From positions 1,857,129 to 1,921,128 of the forward strand of contig BCIN01000001.1 of the NCBI GenBank assembly GCA_039545335.1: 64,000 nucleotides of DNA. Reading direction: 5' to 3'. The position numbers and the translations under genes are program-made. Source of the DNA: Kondoa subrosea. Taxonomy: Eukaryota. How positions within the stretch are numbered: the first letter of the stretch is position 1; each line of letters begins with the position of its first letter. Shown here piece by piece: positions 25,275-35,555 of this stretch. The notes beneath the pieces are model-generated. The model had not been told where the DNA came from and ran no database searches. It worked only from the letters and a program-made list of their open reading frames with translations.

Positions 25275-27096
25275 CTATACCGTTTTCTTGAATTTTGGTT
25301 CGACTTTGGAAGACATAAGTTTAGATCATTCATATTACGAATCACTCACTCATAAATCTTGCAACCACAGTGAAAAGCGAGCCCAGCAGCATAACAGCGC
25401 CAGAATATCCAATCACAGCTTTGTAACTGAATGATATATGTAATCAGTCATGCAAGACAACTCGCATAAAACAGAACGTACTCTCCCGTTGCTGCTAGAA
25501 TGGCTCCTGCTATCGGTGAACCCGTCAACTGACCCGGAAGTTCGCTAGTGAAGAATACTGTCCAAGGACATATCAGTCGTGAGTCAGATGAGATATTTGC
25601 GTGCTTACATCCTGTTATCGACGCCAATTTGTTGTGATCTAGATGTCTTGCTAGAACGACAGGGAAGAGACCAATATATCCACCACCGAAGATACCGTAG
25701 AGTATAGAAAAGGCGAAAGAAGCGCCTAGGTTCCCGTTCGCTGGTAGCCACATCACTAGCTGAAGTATACCGCAAAGTACCATTGCCGCAGTGAAGGTGT
25801 TTGTCAGTCCTCTGTTCTTGCTTAATCAATCTCATCGTAGTAGCGTGCATGACGAAACTTACAATCGAGTATCACAAAGAAAGCCAAGTCCTATTCTACC
25901 GATGATCAGACCAATATTCGCGGTAGCTGAAATTCTGCATATCGAATTCTTGAGCAATCGTTTTGAATTGCTCGAGGCAGACTTACGTCGAGCCTATTGT
26001 GGCCGAAGCTCCTCCTTCTGTCTCTACATAGGTCGGCAAATAGAAGAACTACACCGAAACATTGATGAGTGTTTGCAGGAAACAATGCTGAAGTACTCAC
26101 AGGTGAAGCATATCCGAAAACAGTAATGACGGAGGAGATATACAATACGAGCAACCATTTCTCTTGCCAGAACAGAGCAGCACTTTCTTTTAGTGAACCT
26201 TTCTTAGACGCAATAGCTGAATGTTTAGGTGTTCTAGTGAGTAAGATGGAGATGCCTAATATCAGAGCTGATATGAAAGCCGAGATTCGGAGTGCCCAAC
26301 GATAGTCCAAGTGGTCAATGATGCCTCGAACGATGTCTGGGCAATCGATTCAGCTCAGTTCTACCCGATTTTGGTGCTGGTCGACTCACAACTCCATGCA
26401 ATCCCGCCAAACCCAGCACCAGATGAAGCGATACCCATCGCGAAACTTCGTCGACGATGGAACCATGGTGCTGGCAAAGTAGTAGCAGCAACACTGCACG
26501 TACATATCAGCATGAAATAAACATATGGTCAGTTCATCACTTACAACAATCCCGCTCCTCCAGTTCCAAGTACCAAACCCTGAGTAGCTATCAGCGCAGG
26601 GATACTGTTACAGAAGCTTGCGCCGAGTAGACCAGCAACATAGATTACAGAAGAGAAGAGCATGACAGCGCGTAGTCCATATCTTTCACAAGGCCGCCCG
26701 TACAGCACGCCGAGACATAGTGTAGCTGACAAATTGGTTGAACCCACAAACGAAATCGATGTTTCTGATGTGCCAGGGAAAGCGTTGAGCTGGTATTCTG
26801 CTTGATAGACGCCAAAAGCGTAGGTCTGCAGAGTATCAGCGCGAAATCCTGCATATTGAAGCAGACTCACATAGCCAAGCACTATGGAAAATTGCAGGAA
26901 AGCCACAACCACGCTGAGCCAGGCTATCTCAGTTAGCTTTCAGCATAGTACTGCTTTCCCCGTGCTCGATTGGTGTACCTTGAAGACCTCCATCAATTCG
27001 CACATCCGTTCCCTCTCTTGCTTCTGCCCTGCCATCGGCCTTGTCTCCCTTTTCGCTCAGATCCTGTCCCTTCGTTACATCTCCTTCGACTGACAT
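25275..27096 (-). CDS. MFS transporter, monocarboxylate porter (MCH)-like
   Basis: DGGLQ|AW N-terminal motif, YAFGVYQAEY, LIATQGLVLGTGG, PWFHRRRSFAMGIASSGAGFGG, RWALRI; multiple TM segments. Confidence 0.9.
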
Positions 27097-27422
27097 CCAC
27101 CTGTTCCCCGCCTGATCACCCTTCGAATCGCTGTGATGGTTCGAGGAACAAACAGGAATTGTTCAATATTGCTTGCATCTGCCGACTGCTGGTCGTTACA
27201 TGCAGGCAGGAAGCTTGCACAACCTTAATCATGCCTCTTGGTGATAAATTACTTTTAATCGTGATAAATTACAATCATGCGAGACGGTGCCCTCGGCCGT
27301 TGTAATTGTGATGCGATCAGCATCTCTGCCTGCTTCTCTGTCATCGACTACCATCTAGTATATATCTCTCGTGAGTTGCGCAGTCCCCAATCTCACAAAG
27401 CTGACATATTGGAGAAAAGCAT

Positions 27423-28202
27423 ATGTCGACTCAGGTTGTCTTAGGAGGGACCGGAGCAACTGGCACTGCAGTCATCAGATCTCTACTCGCGAAGAAGGAC
27501 AACAGGATGAAAATCTATGTCCGATCAAAGGACAAGCTGCTCAACCTTCTGCCTCAAGCTGAAAACGATGCTCGAGTGAAGCTCATTGAAGGCTCTTTCA
27601 ACGATTCCAAAACAGTAGTCGAATGTCTACAAGACGCAGACACCATCTTCGCTTGCATCGCTTCCAATAACAGTCAACCCAATCTCACCCCAGCACAAGA
27701 CACCGCAGCATCCATCATTTCTGCTCTTCGTACGATCCGCGAAGCCTCTTCAAATTACCATCCCCCCACAGTTATCATGCTCTCTTCAGCAAGCGTTAAC
27801 GACAACATGCCCAAACCGAAAGATTCTATCGCGTACAAGATTCTCTATCGAGCACTTCGATACTGCTACACCGATTTGATAGAAGCGGAAGCTCTTTTTC
27901 GAAAAGCTGATGATCTGTTGAAGCTCATCATCGCTTCCGCACCTGCAATCATGCCCGGTGAAAGTGTTTGCGGCTATCGGCTGTCGTTGAATGAAGCTGG
28001 AACAGTCTGTTCGTATGGTGATTTGGGTGCCGCGATGGTGGAGATGGAAGAGAGGAAAGGAGAGTTCCTAGGCAAAGGTGTGGGCGTCATCACTTCTGGA
28101 GGAGTCAAGCAGGATTGGTTGCCCAACATCAAGCATCTCTTGAGGGGTTTCCTCGTTTCGTTCGTCCCAATTTGGCTGTGGAATTGGTGGAACAATGAGT
28201 AA
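27423..28202 (+). CDS. Intronless NAD(P)-binding oxidoreductase, AflX/OrdB-like
   Basis: VLGGTGATG Rossmann motif, YVRSKDKL, CL.DAD.IF.CIASNNSQP....AQD, IMLSSAS, YTDLIEAE, SYGDLGAAMVE, amphipathic C-terminus. Confidence 0.8.
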   Translation: MSTQVVLGGTGATGTAVIRSLLAKKDNRMKIYVRSKDKLLNLLPQAENDARVKLIEGSFNDSKTVVECLQDADTIFACIASNNSQPNLTPAQDTAASIISALRTIREASSNYHPPTVIMLSSASVNDNMPKPKDSIAYKILYRALRYCYTDLIEAEALFRKADDLLKLIIASAPAIMPGESVCGYRLSLNEAGTVCSYGDLGAAMVEMEERKGEFLGKGVGVITSGGVKQDWLPNIKHLLRGFLVSFVPIWLWNWWNNE

Positions 28203-28352
28203 CATGCTTGTAGCAAACCTTGCTGTAGTACATTCTTAAGCTTATGTGATGAAAGACGCGAAGTGTCATGAAATTTGTGACTTGCGCCGAAACCATCATC
28301 CAGCTTGACCTGTACAGCAGCAAGCTCAATTCAAAAGCTCCATGAGGCGCAC

Positions 28353-30403
28353 ATGGATCCTCATGTCGTTCTCGTAGTGGATGGAGCTCTCAAGAACCGC
28401 TTTGGTCTGGCTCAGACCTATCTCGCTCAAGTGACGAAGTTAGTCAGCTCGATACCTTTGATCTTGCACTGAATAGATATGCATCAGTCTGCTCCAGACT
28501 ACCTATGCGAATCAGAAAGTTGGTCTGACGGTACTACTGCCATATAGAAGCTGACAAGCAGTGCAGATCAACGCTACAACCATAGTGTTTGGAGCTCATT
28601 CACCTATTGTTCAATGTCCGTATCGTGTCGTCCCTTCGCGTGGCTTGCTCGAAAACAATCTCTTCCTGGCTAATCTCTTTCAACCTGGTGTCAAATCTGT
28701 ATTGTCGAGTCTCGCTCTGGGAACAGATGTAGCAATTCTGGACGCTTTGATCGAAGCTGTCGAAGTATGTTTCCATGACTGAGACCAGATCTTTGTCTTC
28801 GGCTTATCTTTGGCCTCAGATACTCGAAGTAGAAGCGGCCGAATCTCAAGCCAGACATGTCTTGCTCCTGACCAGCTCGGATATACCTCTACTATTGGAT
28901 AACAGCGATTTGATCAACGCTGGCTGCAGCTCTGGCTGTAATATCTCCCAGAAATACGACAGACTGAGCTTTCCTGAACTTGCTGAATCATTACAACGAG
29001 ATGCTGTCAATTTCTCGCTCATTACTTTCAACTATCTACCTCAAAGCGAGAAATTCTATTTGCTGGCTTCTGGTCGAGCTGCTGCACCCGCTTCACCTAT
29101 TATTCCTCTCAATCAGGAACATGCTATCTTGCTATCCGGTTTCTCGGGTGACGACAAGAACCGTCTGAAACGATCAAATGAAGCCATTTACTCTCCTCCA
29201 GCTATGCAACAGCAAGAAGAAAACAATAAACGTCAACGTACAGATTACGATCCAGCTTTGTTAGCACAGATGCAAGCTATGGCTTCTCAAGCAGCTCGAT
29301 CTTCTGCTGCTGGAACTAATCAACAATCTCGTCCGGTAGGACAGCAGGAATCTTTGCAAAGATTATCACCCGAACAACAAATTATCAGTTTGCAAACGTC
29401 GAAAGCGGAAAGGATCAAAGGTGCTCAAAAGATGATCGCCATGATGCAGGAACAATTGAGAGTAGGTAAAGTCACGGAAGAAGCTTGCAAGCAGAAAGTA
29501 GACGAGTTCAAAAAGATGATTGCAGCTCAGTAGGTGTTTGTCTCTATTGATTTTTGAGGTAACTGACTTCAACCCGTTTGTAGAGTATATCAGATCGATG
29601 CAGAAATAGTAGAAGCTCGAAATCGTCTACAAGCTCAAGCTGGAGGACAACAGCAGCCTTTGACTAGTCCAGTCATTCCAGAAACGCCTATTGTGAACCC
29701 TCAATTCTGGTCAGGAAACGTGACTATGACTCTAGGGGATACGAAAACGTATCAATCCAGGTGTTACGCTGCGCCTGTCCAGGGTCCAAAACTGCCACCT
29801 GATCTGTCGACAGCGGATTGGCCAGCGGTTTTGAATCTAGAGTGAGTGTCTATCCTATTTCTTCCTCTACCTCTTTAACTAACTCAATGGCCCAATGAAA
29901 CAGTCATCTTATAGTCGTCGATATGCCAAGCCTACAAGCTCACGTTCAAAGCAATGCCATACCCATGATCAACATCAATCCCATTCCAAGACAATTGGTC
30001 ATTCAACAGCAGCAACAGCAAGGTCTACCACCTGATTTGACAGTGGTGCAGAAGAATGAGGGTCTCTATGCTGCTTTCAGTTCTACTATCAGCAAGCGCA
30101 AAGGGGTAAGTCTCATCAAGCAAATATGTTTGAATTAAACCTAGGGTCTGATCCTCTTTCGATTAGGTATCATGGATCACGATAGGCCCACCTACAGACA
30201 AGACTGGATTGATTGTACTTTCTGGCAAGGGAAGACTGATCGCCTTGATGTTTCAAGGATCGAATCCTTTACCCGCTCATGTGCTTCGACCCAAGCCGCA
30301 AGGCAACCCAGGCCAGTCTGATCAGCAGCAGCAGCAGCAGCAGCAGCAAACCGACGCTAATGGCCTCATGCAGCAACTGCAATTCAATCAGCAACAGCAA
30401 TAG
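28353..30403 (+). CDS. MED25: Putative Mediator subunit Med25/PFT1 homolog (vWA + Q-rich linker + ACID-like domain)
   Basis: HVVLVVDG, TIVFG, ILDALIEAVE, RHVLLLTSS, ELAESLQRDAVNFSLIT..LP, EHAILLSG; C-terminal FWSGNV...DLSTADWPAVLNL...GRLIALMFQG; polyQ tracts. Confidence 0.7.
30323..30349 (+). repeat. (CAG)8CAA coding microsatellite (polyQ)
   Basis: Read directly; in the last exon of the Med25-like gene. Confidence 0.9.
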
Positions 30404-30599
30404 ACTTGAGTGTGAGTATACCTAACATTGTGAAACTTTGCAATCATGATGTCTGCATAATGCCTATGTACCCAATTTAATTATACATTGTGTGATAAGA
30501 TTCTACGAGGCTCCTGATGGGAAAAGTACAAATACAGAGTGAAATGATGATTGAAAACCCAAAGTGAAGTACCATGCTCAATCAAACCGAAAGTCCATT

Positions 30600-31648
30600 C
30601 ATAGCGCAACATCTGGGTCCATTCGTTGATGTACATTTCGTACATGTCGCATAGGTCGTTCAGCAGCGCTGAAACCATGATAGATCAGTACATTGACCTC
30701 TTCGCAACATACACACAGAGACGGACTTCATCTCGGTATCATCACCGTCTTTCGCTGGTTCCTCATCATCATCCGATTCCGATCTCTTTCGTCTCGCAGT
30801 AGAATCTCGACTGTTCATCATGGGGTCTTGAGCAATCTGCAAACTTGCTTCATGAATATGCTGGTAGGCTTCAATCTGATGCTGGAAATTTTGATTAGGT
30901 GAAATGCAGAACCGACGAGCTTGAACGTATTGGAAAGCGTCTTCGTGAGACATTCGATGCGTTGTCATCACATAGGCGGTACTATACACATATAACATAA
31001 GCCTGACGTGCGTGTAATGGGTTTTGTAATCAGACATACACAATAGCTGGTGAACGACTGATTCCATCGCCGCAATGCACTAAAATTCGACCACCTTGAC
31101 TTAACGCTGTATCGATGAATTCTTTTGCTCTGTAGGTCACAGTTCTGACTTCAGCAACTATTGCGCAGAGTCAATCTCAAACCCACTCTGGAAAGATGCG
31201 AATCAGATTCTGATCCTGCGCATCCCTGATTTCCAAGACTTTGTAAATGAAAGCTTCAGGAAAGCGTGGTTTGACCAAATGTCTGTAGGTCACCACGATC
31301 GTCTGAGCTCAGATAACCAGCATTAGCAGAGAAATGATGACCTACGCTTCTCGTGCATCCGAGATACAAAGTACATGAGTCAAATTCAGACTACGCATGT
31401 ATTCCAAGCTTCGACTGGACTGATAAGGACCAATTAAGAGGTTGGGTAAGATCTCTTGAGCTTCTCTACGCATCTCATACCTCCAGTCTGTGCAATATTT
31501 GGCACAACATTTGACTTAGACATCGGCTGCTGATCTGGATTTATGCAAGGCTGGTCGGCATACCTGGAGGTAAGACTTGATTTGCTCCCATAGAGCTAGA
31601 GTAGTGGACTTGTTGCATAGCATTCTGACGAACTGCACTTGCTGTCAT
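30600..31648 (-). CDS. STYX: STYX-family dual-specificity phosphatase with intact HCX5R loop (3' end approximate)
   Basis: WRYEMRREAQEILPNLLIGPY, KPRFP, QNLIRIFP, LVHCGDGISRS, DAFQYVQARRFCISPN. Confidence 0.88.
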
Positions 31649-31818
31649 GCTTCGGTTTGAAGGTTGCTGAAAGGAGAGAGCGATGTAGCAGATGGAAGTA
31701 TACCAATACGATGTAGCTGCACGCTTCTAGTCAGGTAATAGATCAGCTTGAGGTGGTTCAGGACAACCTAGGTCCAACAATCACTGGATGAGGCTTGCCA
31801 CGAAACGAGCAGTCAAGT

Positions 31819-33448
31819 ATGTCTGAAGAAGCTCCAGAGCTGCTCAAAGAGTCAGCGAAAGTGTACTTCACCCCTCTCCTTTCTTTTTCTTCTGCTCTTA
31901 TGTTGTCCTTCTCAGACCTTTGACTATTTTAACTGGTGCACTTGGTGCTGGCAAAAGCACGCTACTCAATTACGCTCGTCTTCATTCCTTCTTCTTATGT
32001 ATCTCCATCTCATGCGTATCAATAGATTCTTACTGCGCGACATGACCGAAAGATTGCTGTCATAGTCAATGGCAGGTTTCTGTTCTAACTCTTCATGTGT
32101 CTGCTTATACTGCTGCAGAGTTTGGTGATACCGCTGACATAGAGAGTGCGGCTCTAAATATGATGACTTCTATCGAGGACTAATTTCAGGTTTACAGAGA
32201 AATCAATGACCGTTTCTTCCGGCGGAGCAGAATACGAAGAAATCCTCGAGCTACAAGTATGTTAAAATGACTGTAAGAATCAGGCCATGAAGTCTAATCC
32301 AGAACTCAGAATGGATGTATCTGTTGTTCAATCAAAGACAACGGCGTCCTGGTGAGTGTGATCGAATCGTCTTCGATTGATCATGCTTGACTGAGGTGCA
32401 GGCTATACAAAATCTAATGAAGCGCAAAGGCGCGTTTGACTATGTGATATTAGAAACAACAGGTCTAGCGGAGCCAGGTACGATGGTATCTTTTGACATC
32501 TATTCTCAAATGCAAAGTTTTCTGCAGCACCGATAGTGGAAATATTCTGGCAAGACGAAGAAGGCCTGGCAAACGGTTCGTCTCCCAATCCAACATAAGA
32601 ACAAAATATAACATCTGATCAGAAATTTATCTTGATGCGCTGGTTTGCGTGGTGGATTCTTACTTTGGCGAAAAGGTATGCTCCTTATGACACAAATATA
32701 GTCAACTTATCAGTCCGCAGCAATTGCAAGAAGCTTCGACGTCCCAAGGCGAATCCGCTCTTATAGAGTATACATCCTCTTAGCCTCTTGCGAATATGCG
32801 TGCTCATTCGCTCATAGACAGGTCGGATGCGCCGATACTATACTATTGAACAAATGCGATATCGCTTCTTCCGGGCAAATAGCTTCAGCCAAATCAAGCA
32901 TCAGATCGATCAACGCAATCGCACCAATACATCAAACCATCAAAGGAGAAATTGATCTTAGTCTTATACTGAACTTAGACGCTTACGCTGCTGGATCAAA
33001 ACCTTTTTCATCTTCTATACATACACATCTACAACAATTGGCACTCGATTCGAATAAGTCATCGCATTTGGGTGGTATATCCTCAGTCGTTCTAGAAGTA
33101 CCGATACTGGATGAAGTCGAAAGCGGTCCTTTCGACGAATTATTAAGAACATTGCTATGGGAAAAGAGGCTGATAGGCAAAGAAGATGATGGCAAGACGA
33201 TAGACGTGCTGCGGTGTAAAGGTATGCTGAAATCAAAGGATGGCAAAGCCTGGGGTAGGCAGCTCTACATCCTCTTGAAATCTTCTCACCCGTCTATAGT
33301 GATACAAGGCGTACGAGAACTTTACGAAACCAAATCATTGGCAGAATCAGAACAGGATTTTACACCGAAGCTGGTCTTCATCGGTAACTTGTACCCAGCA
33401 TTAGGAAAGGACTTTTTGCATTGTTTGAGCAAGCTGTTAGGCGGCTAA
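31819..33448 (+). CDS. ZNG1: COG0523/CobW-family Zn metallochaperone GTPase (ZNG1/CBWD)
   Basis: MSEEAPEL N-terminus, PLTILTGALGAGKSTLLN, AVIVNEFGD, NGCICCS, ILETTGLAEP, LNKCD, CobW_C LRCKG..IQGVRELYE..KLVFIG. Confidence 0.9.
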
Positions 33449-33455
33449 TCCCTGT

Positions 33456-35475
33456 TCATGTCCCAAATAGCCAAAAGTCGACAGGCAGAATCTTTCTCAT
33501 CACTTTGATATGATCCTCCTCACCATGCTCTTGCCATTTCGTTAGCTTCCGCGCTGTCGCGTCTCTCAGTATGAAGTCTTGCGCATGACTCGATCGAGCA
33601 GGCAAGATAATCTCATTCGCAAGCAGTTCGTCAAACGTTCGCTGCCTTCCTCCTGTCCCAAGATAATCTGCTTCCACTGGTGTCCGAAGCTTGATCTCAT
33701 TTGTGTTCGAGCAGAAGATAACCTGTGTGCGCAATATCGAATCTGTGTCCGAAAGCAGCGAAGGTCGCAACTTACCATGTTGCGATGACCAGTCTGATCC
33801 TCTGCGTCTGTTACTTCCGCAAATGCACGACATTGCGTAAAAGACTCCAATAATGTAGCAAGGATGCTGCTTCCAGCTTCATCATCTATTAGACCAGCAA
33901 AGTTCTGCTTCATAGCAATAAGCGATCGGTCGAGACTATTAAAGAGCACTCGCAATTGCTACAACCCCATCAGGTTTCAGGGCACTTTTAACATCTGACC
34001 AACATTCCTTGGTAAAGAGTAAGGCAGGAACAGAACCACCAGTGAAGACATCTAGATGTATCCATCAGATGACAGCTCTGGACTCAGGAAATGTGCTGAC
34101 CATGTACGATATAGTCGTACGTGCCCAAATCTGGCTTGCGCAATACAACGCGAGCATCCTCCAAGAAGGCACCTCCTCTGGGTTCCGGGACGGCAAAGTA
34201 CTGGCGCCCAAATTCGTAGACTGCAGGATCCAATTCGCATATGGTCACATTGATGCCATGTAGTTGTAGAGCCCGAGCAGATATCCCGGCACCGAGACCA
34301 ATGACAAGCCCATTCGGGTTGACAGAAGCAGGTCTTTCAACGAACCGGATCGCTTCCTGTCTATAAGCACTTTTCAAGCACCACACTACCTAGGTGATGT
34401 GTCAAACTTACGCATAAAACGTAGAGTAGATTGACTCTGCACTGTTGAGGGACTCTTGTTCCAAAGCCCATTGAGACCTTTCCGATAATTGCAATACATT
34501 CTCCACTCCAACTTCATGCCTTTTCATTACTTCTCCCCTTGCATGACCAATCCAGAAACCACCAAGCAGAGAATGATCTGCTCTTAATACCCGAGCCCAT
34601 TGAGCCTCGCCTATTTTCCATTCGACAACCGATATCAATCCACTTATACTCTCTTTCTGCGCCAGCAAACGTGGTTCTGGATCAATCGTTGGCCATGGTA
34701 TAGAAGAAGAGATTATTGTTCGATGGTATACTGTGGAAGTGAGGAGTAGAAGGAAGAAAGGTTGGAGACCGAAATTGGCAAAGTTACTTGTCGTCTGAAG
34801 AGTGTTGTCAAAACTTGGTAGGACTAGACCAGGCAATGAGCCAAGTAGCATTATGATGCCAACATTGCGATACTGAAACTCGATAAGCTTGACTCGTGAA
34901 AGCAAACGGTTACATCTGCCTACTAAGAGTGAAGATAGTATATTCCCATGGATGAAAGCCGTGCCAAATCTGAGTGCCCGTATGGATAGGAGGAGCATAG
35001 AGAAGCGTATGAGCTGTCTTCGCTTTTGCTGAGTGGCCTGTGGAAACAAGGCAAATATCGTCTGCAAAGTGCTTGCACCAAGGAAGATGAGTGGAACAGT
35101 TGCAGCTATTCTTGCGCAATAAGCTTGCTGAAGAGGTCCAGACGAGATTATTGCTGTTGCCAGAGTCTCCTTCATCGACCATATAGCTACAGTGCTCAAA
35201 CCAGCAATCAGCAGGAAATAGCGCGAGTGAGGCAAGGTTGCTTGGAGTATGATGCCAGCCAGTAGTACAATAGCTTGAACTTCATCTACCATGAAGGCGG
35301 GCCTGATCACAGAGCCGAAAACAGGTCGAAGCACATTCGGAACCGCATTTCGCAAAACACAGCAAAGCAGGATATGACAGGGAGCTGATGCTACTAGCAG
35401 GGTATCAGTGAGGGTATTCGAAGACTGCACAGGTATAGAAGATGCAGGCTTCGCAGCCTTGCGTCGTTGCTTCAT
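33456..35475 (-). CDS. Membrane-anchored spermidine-synthase-like SAM-dependent transferase
   Basis: N-terminal TM segments; LRADHSLLGG, ESIYSTF..QEAIR, LVIGLGAG, ELDPAVY, YDYIVH|DVFTGGSVP. Confidence 0.82.
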
Positions 35476-35555
35476 GTTACGGCTTATTACGTAATTGTCA
35501 GTTGTCTACTTGGGGAATCAGTCTTACAAATGAGTCTGCATACATACATCCTGAC

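Noticed and set aside
25275..28202. Secondary-metabolite biosynthetic cluster
   Set aside because: No backbone enzyme (PKS/NRPS/terpene synthase) and the flanking genes are housekeeping.
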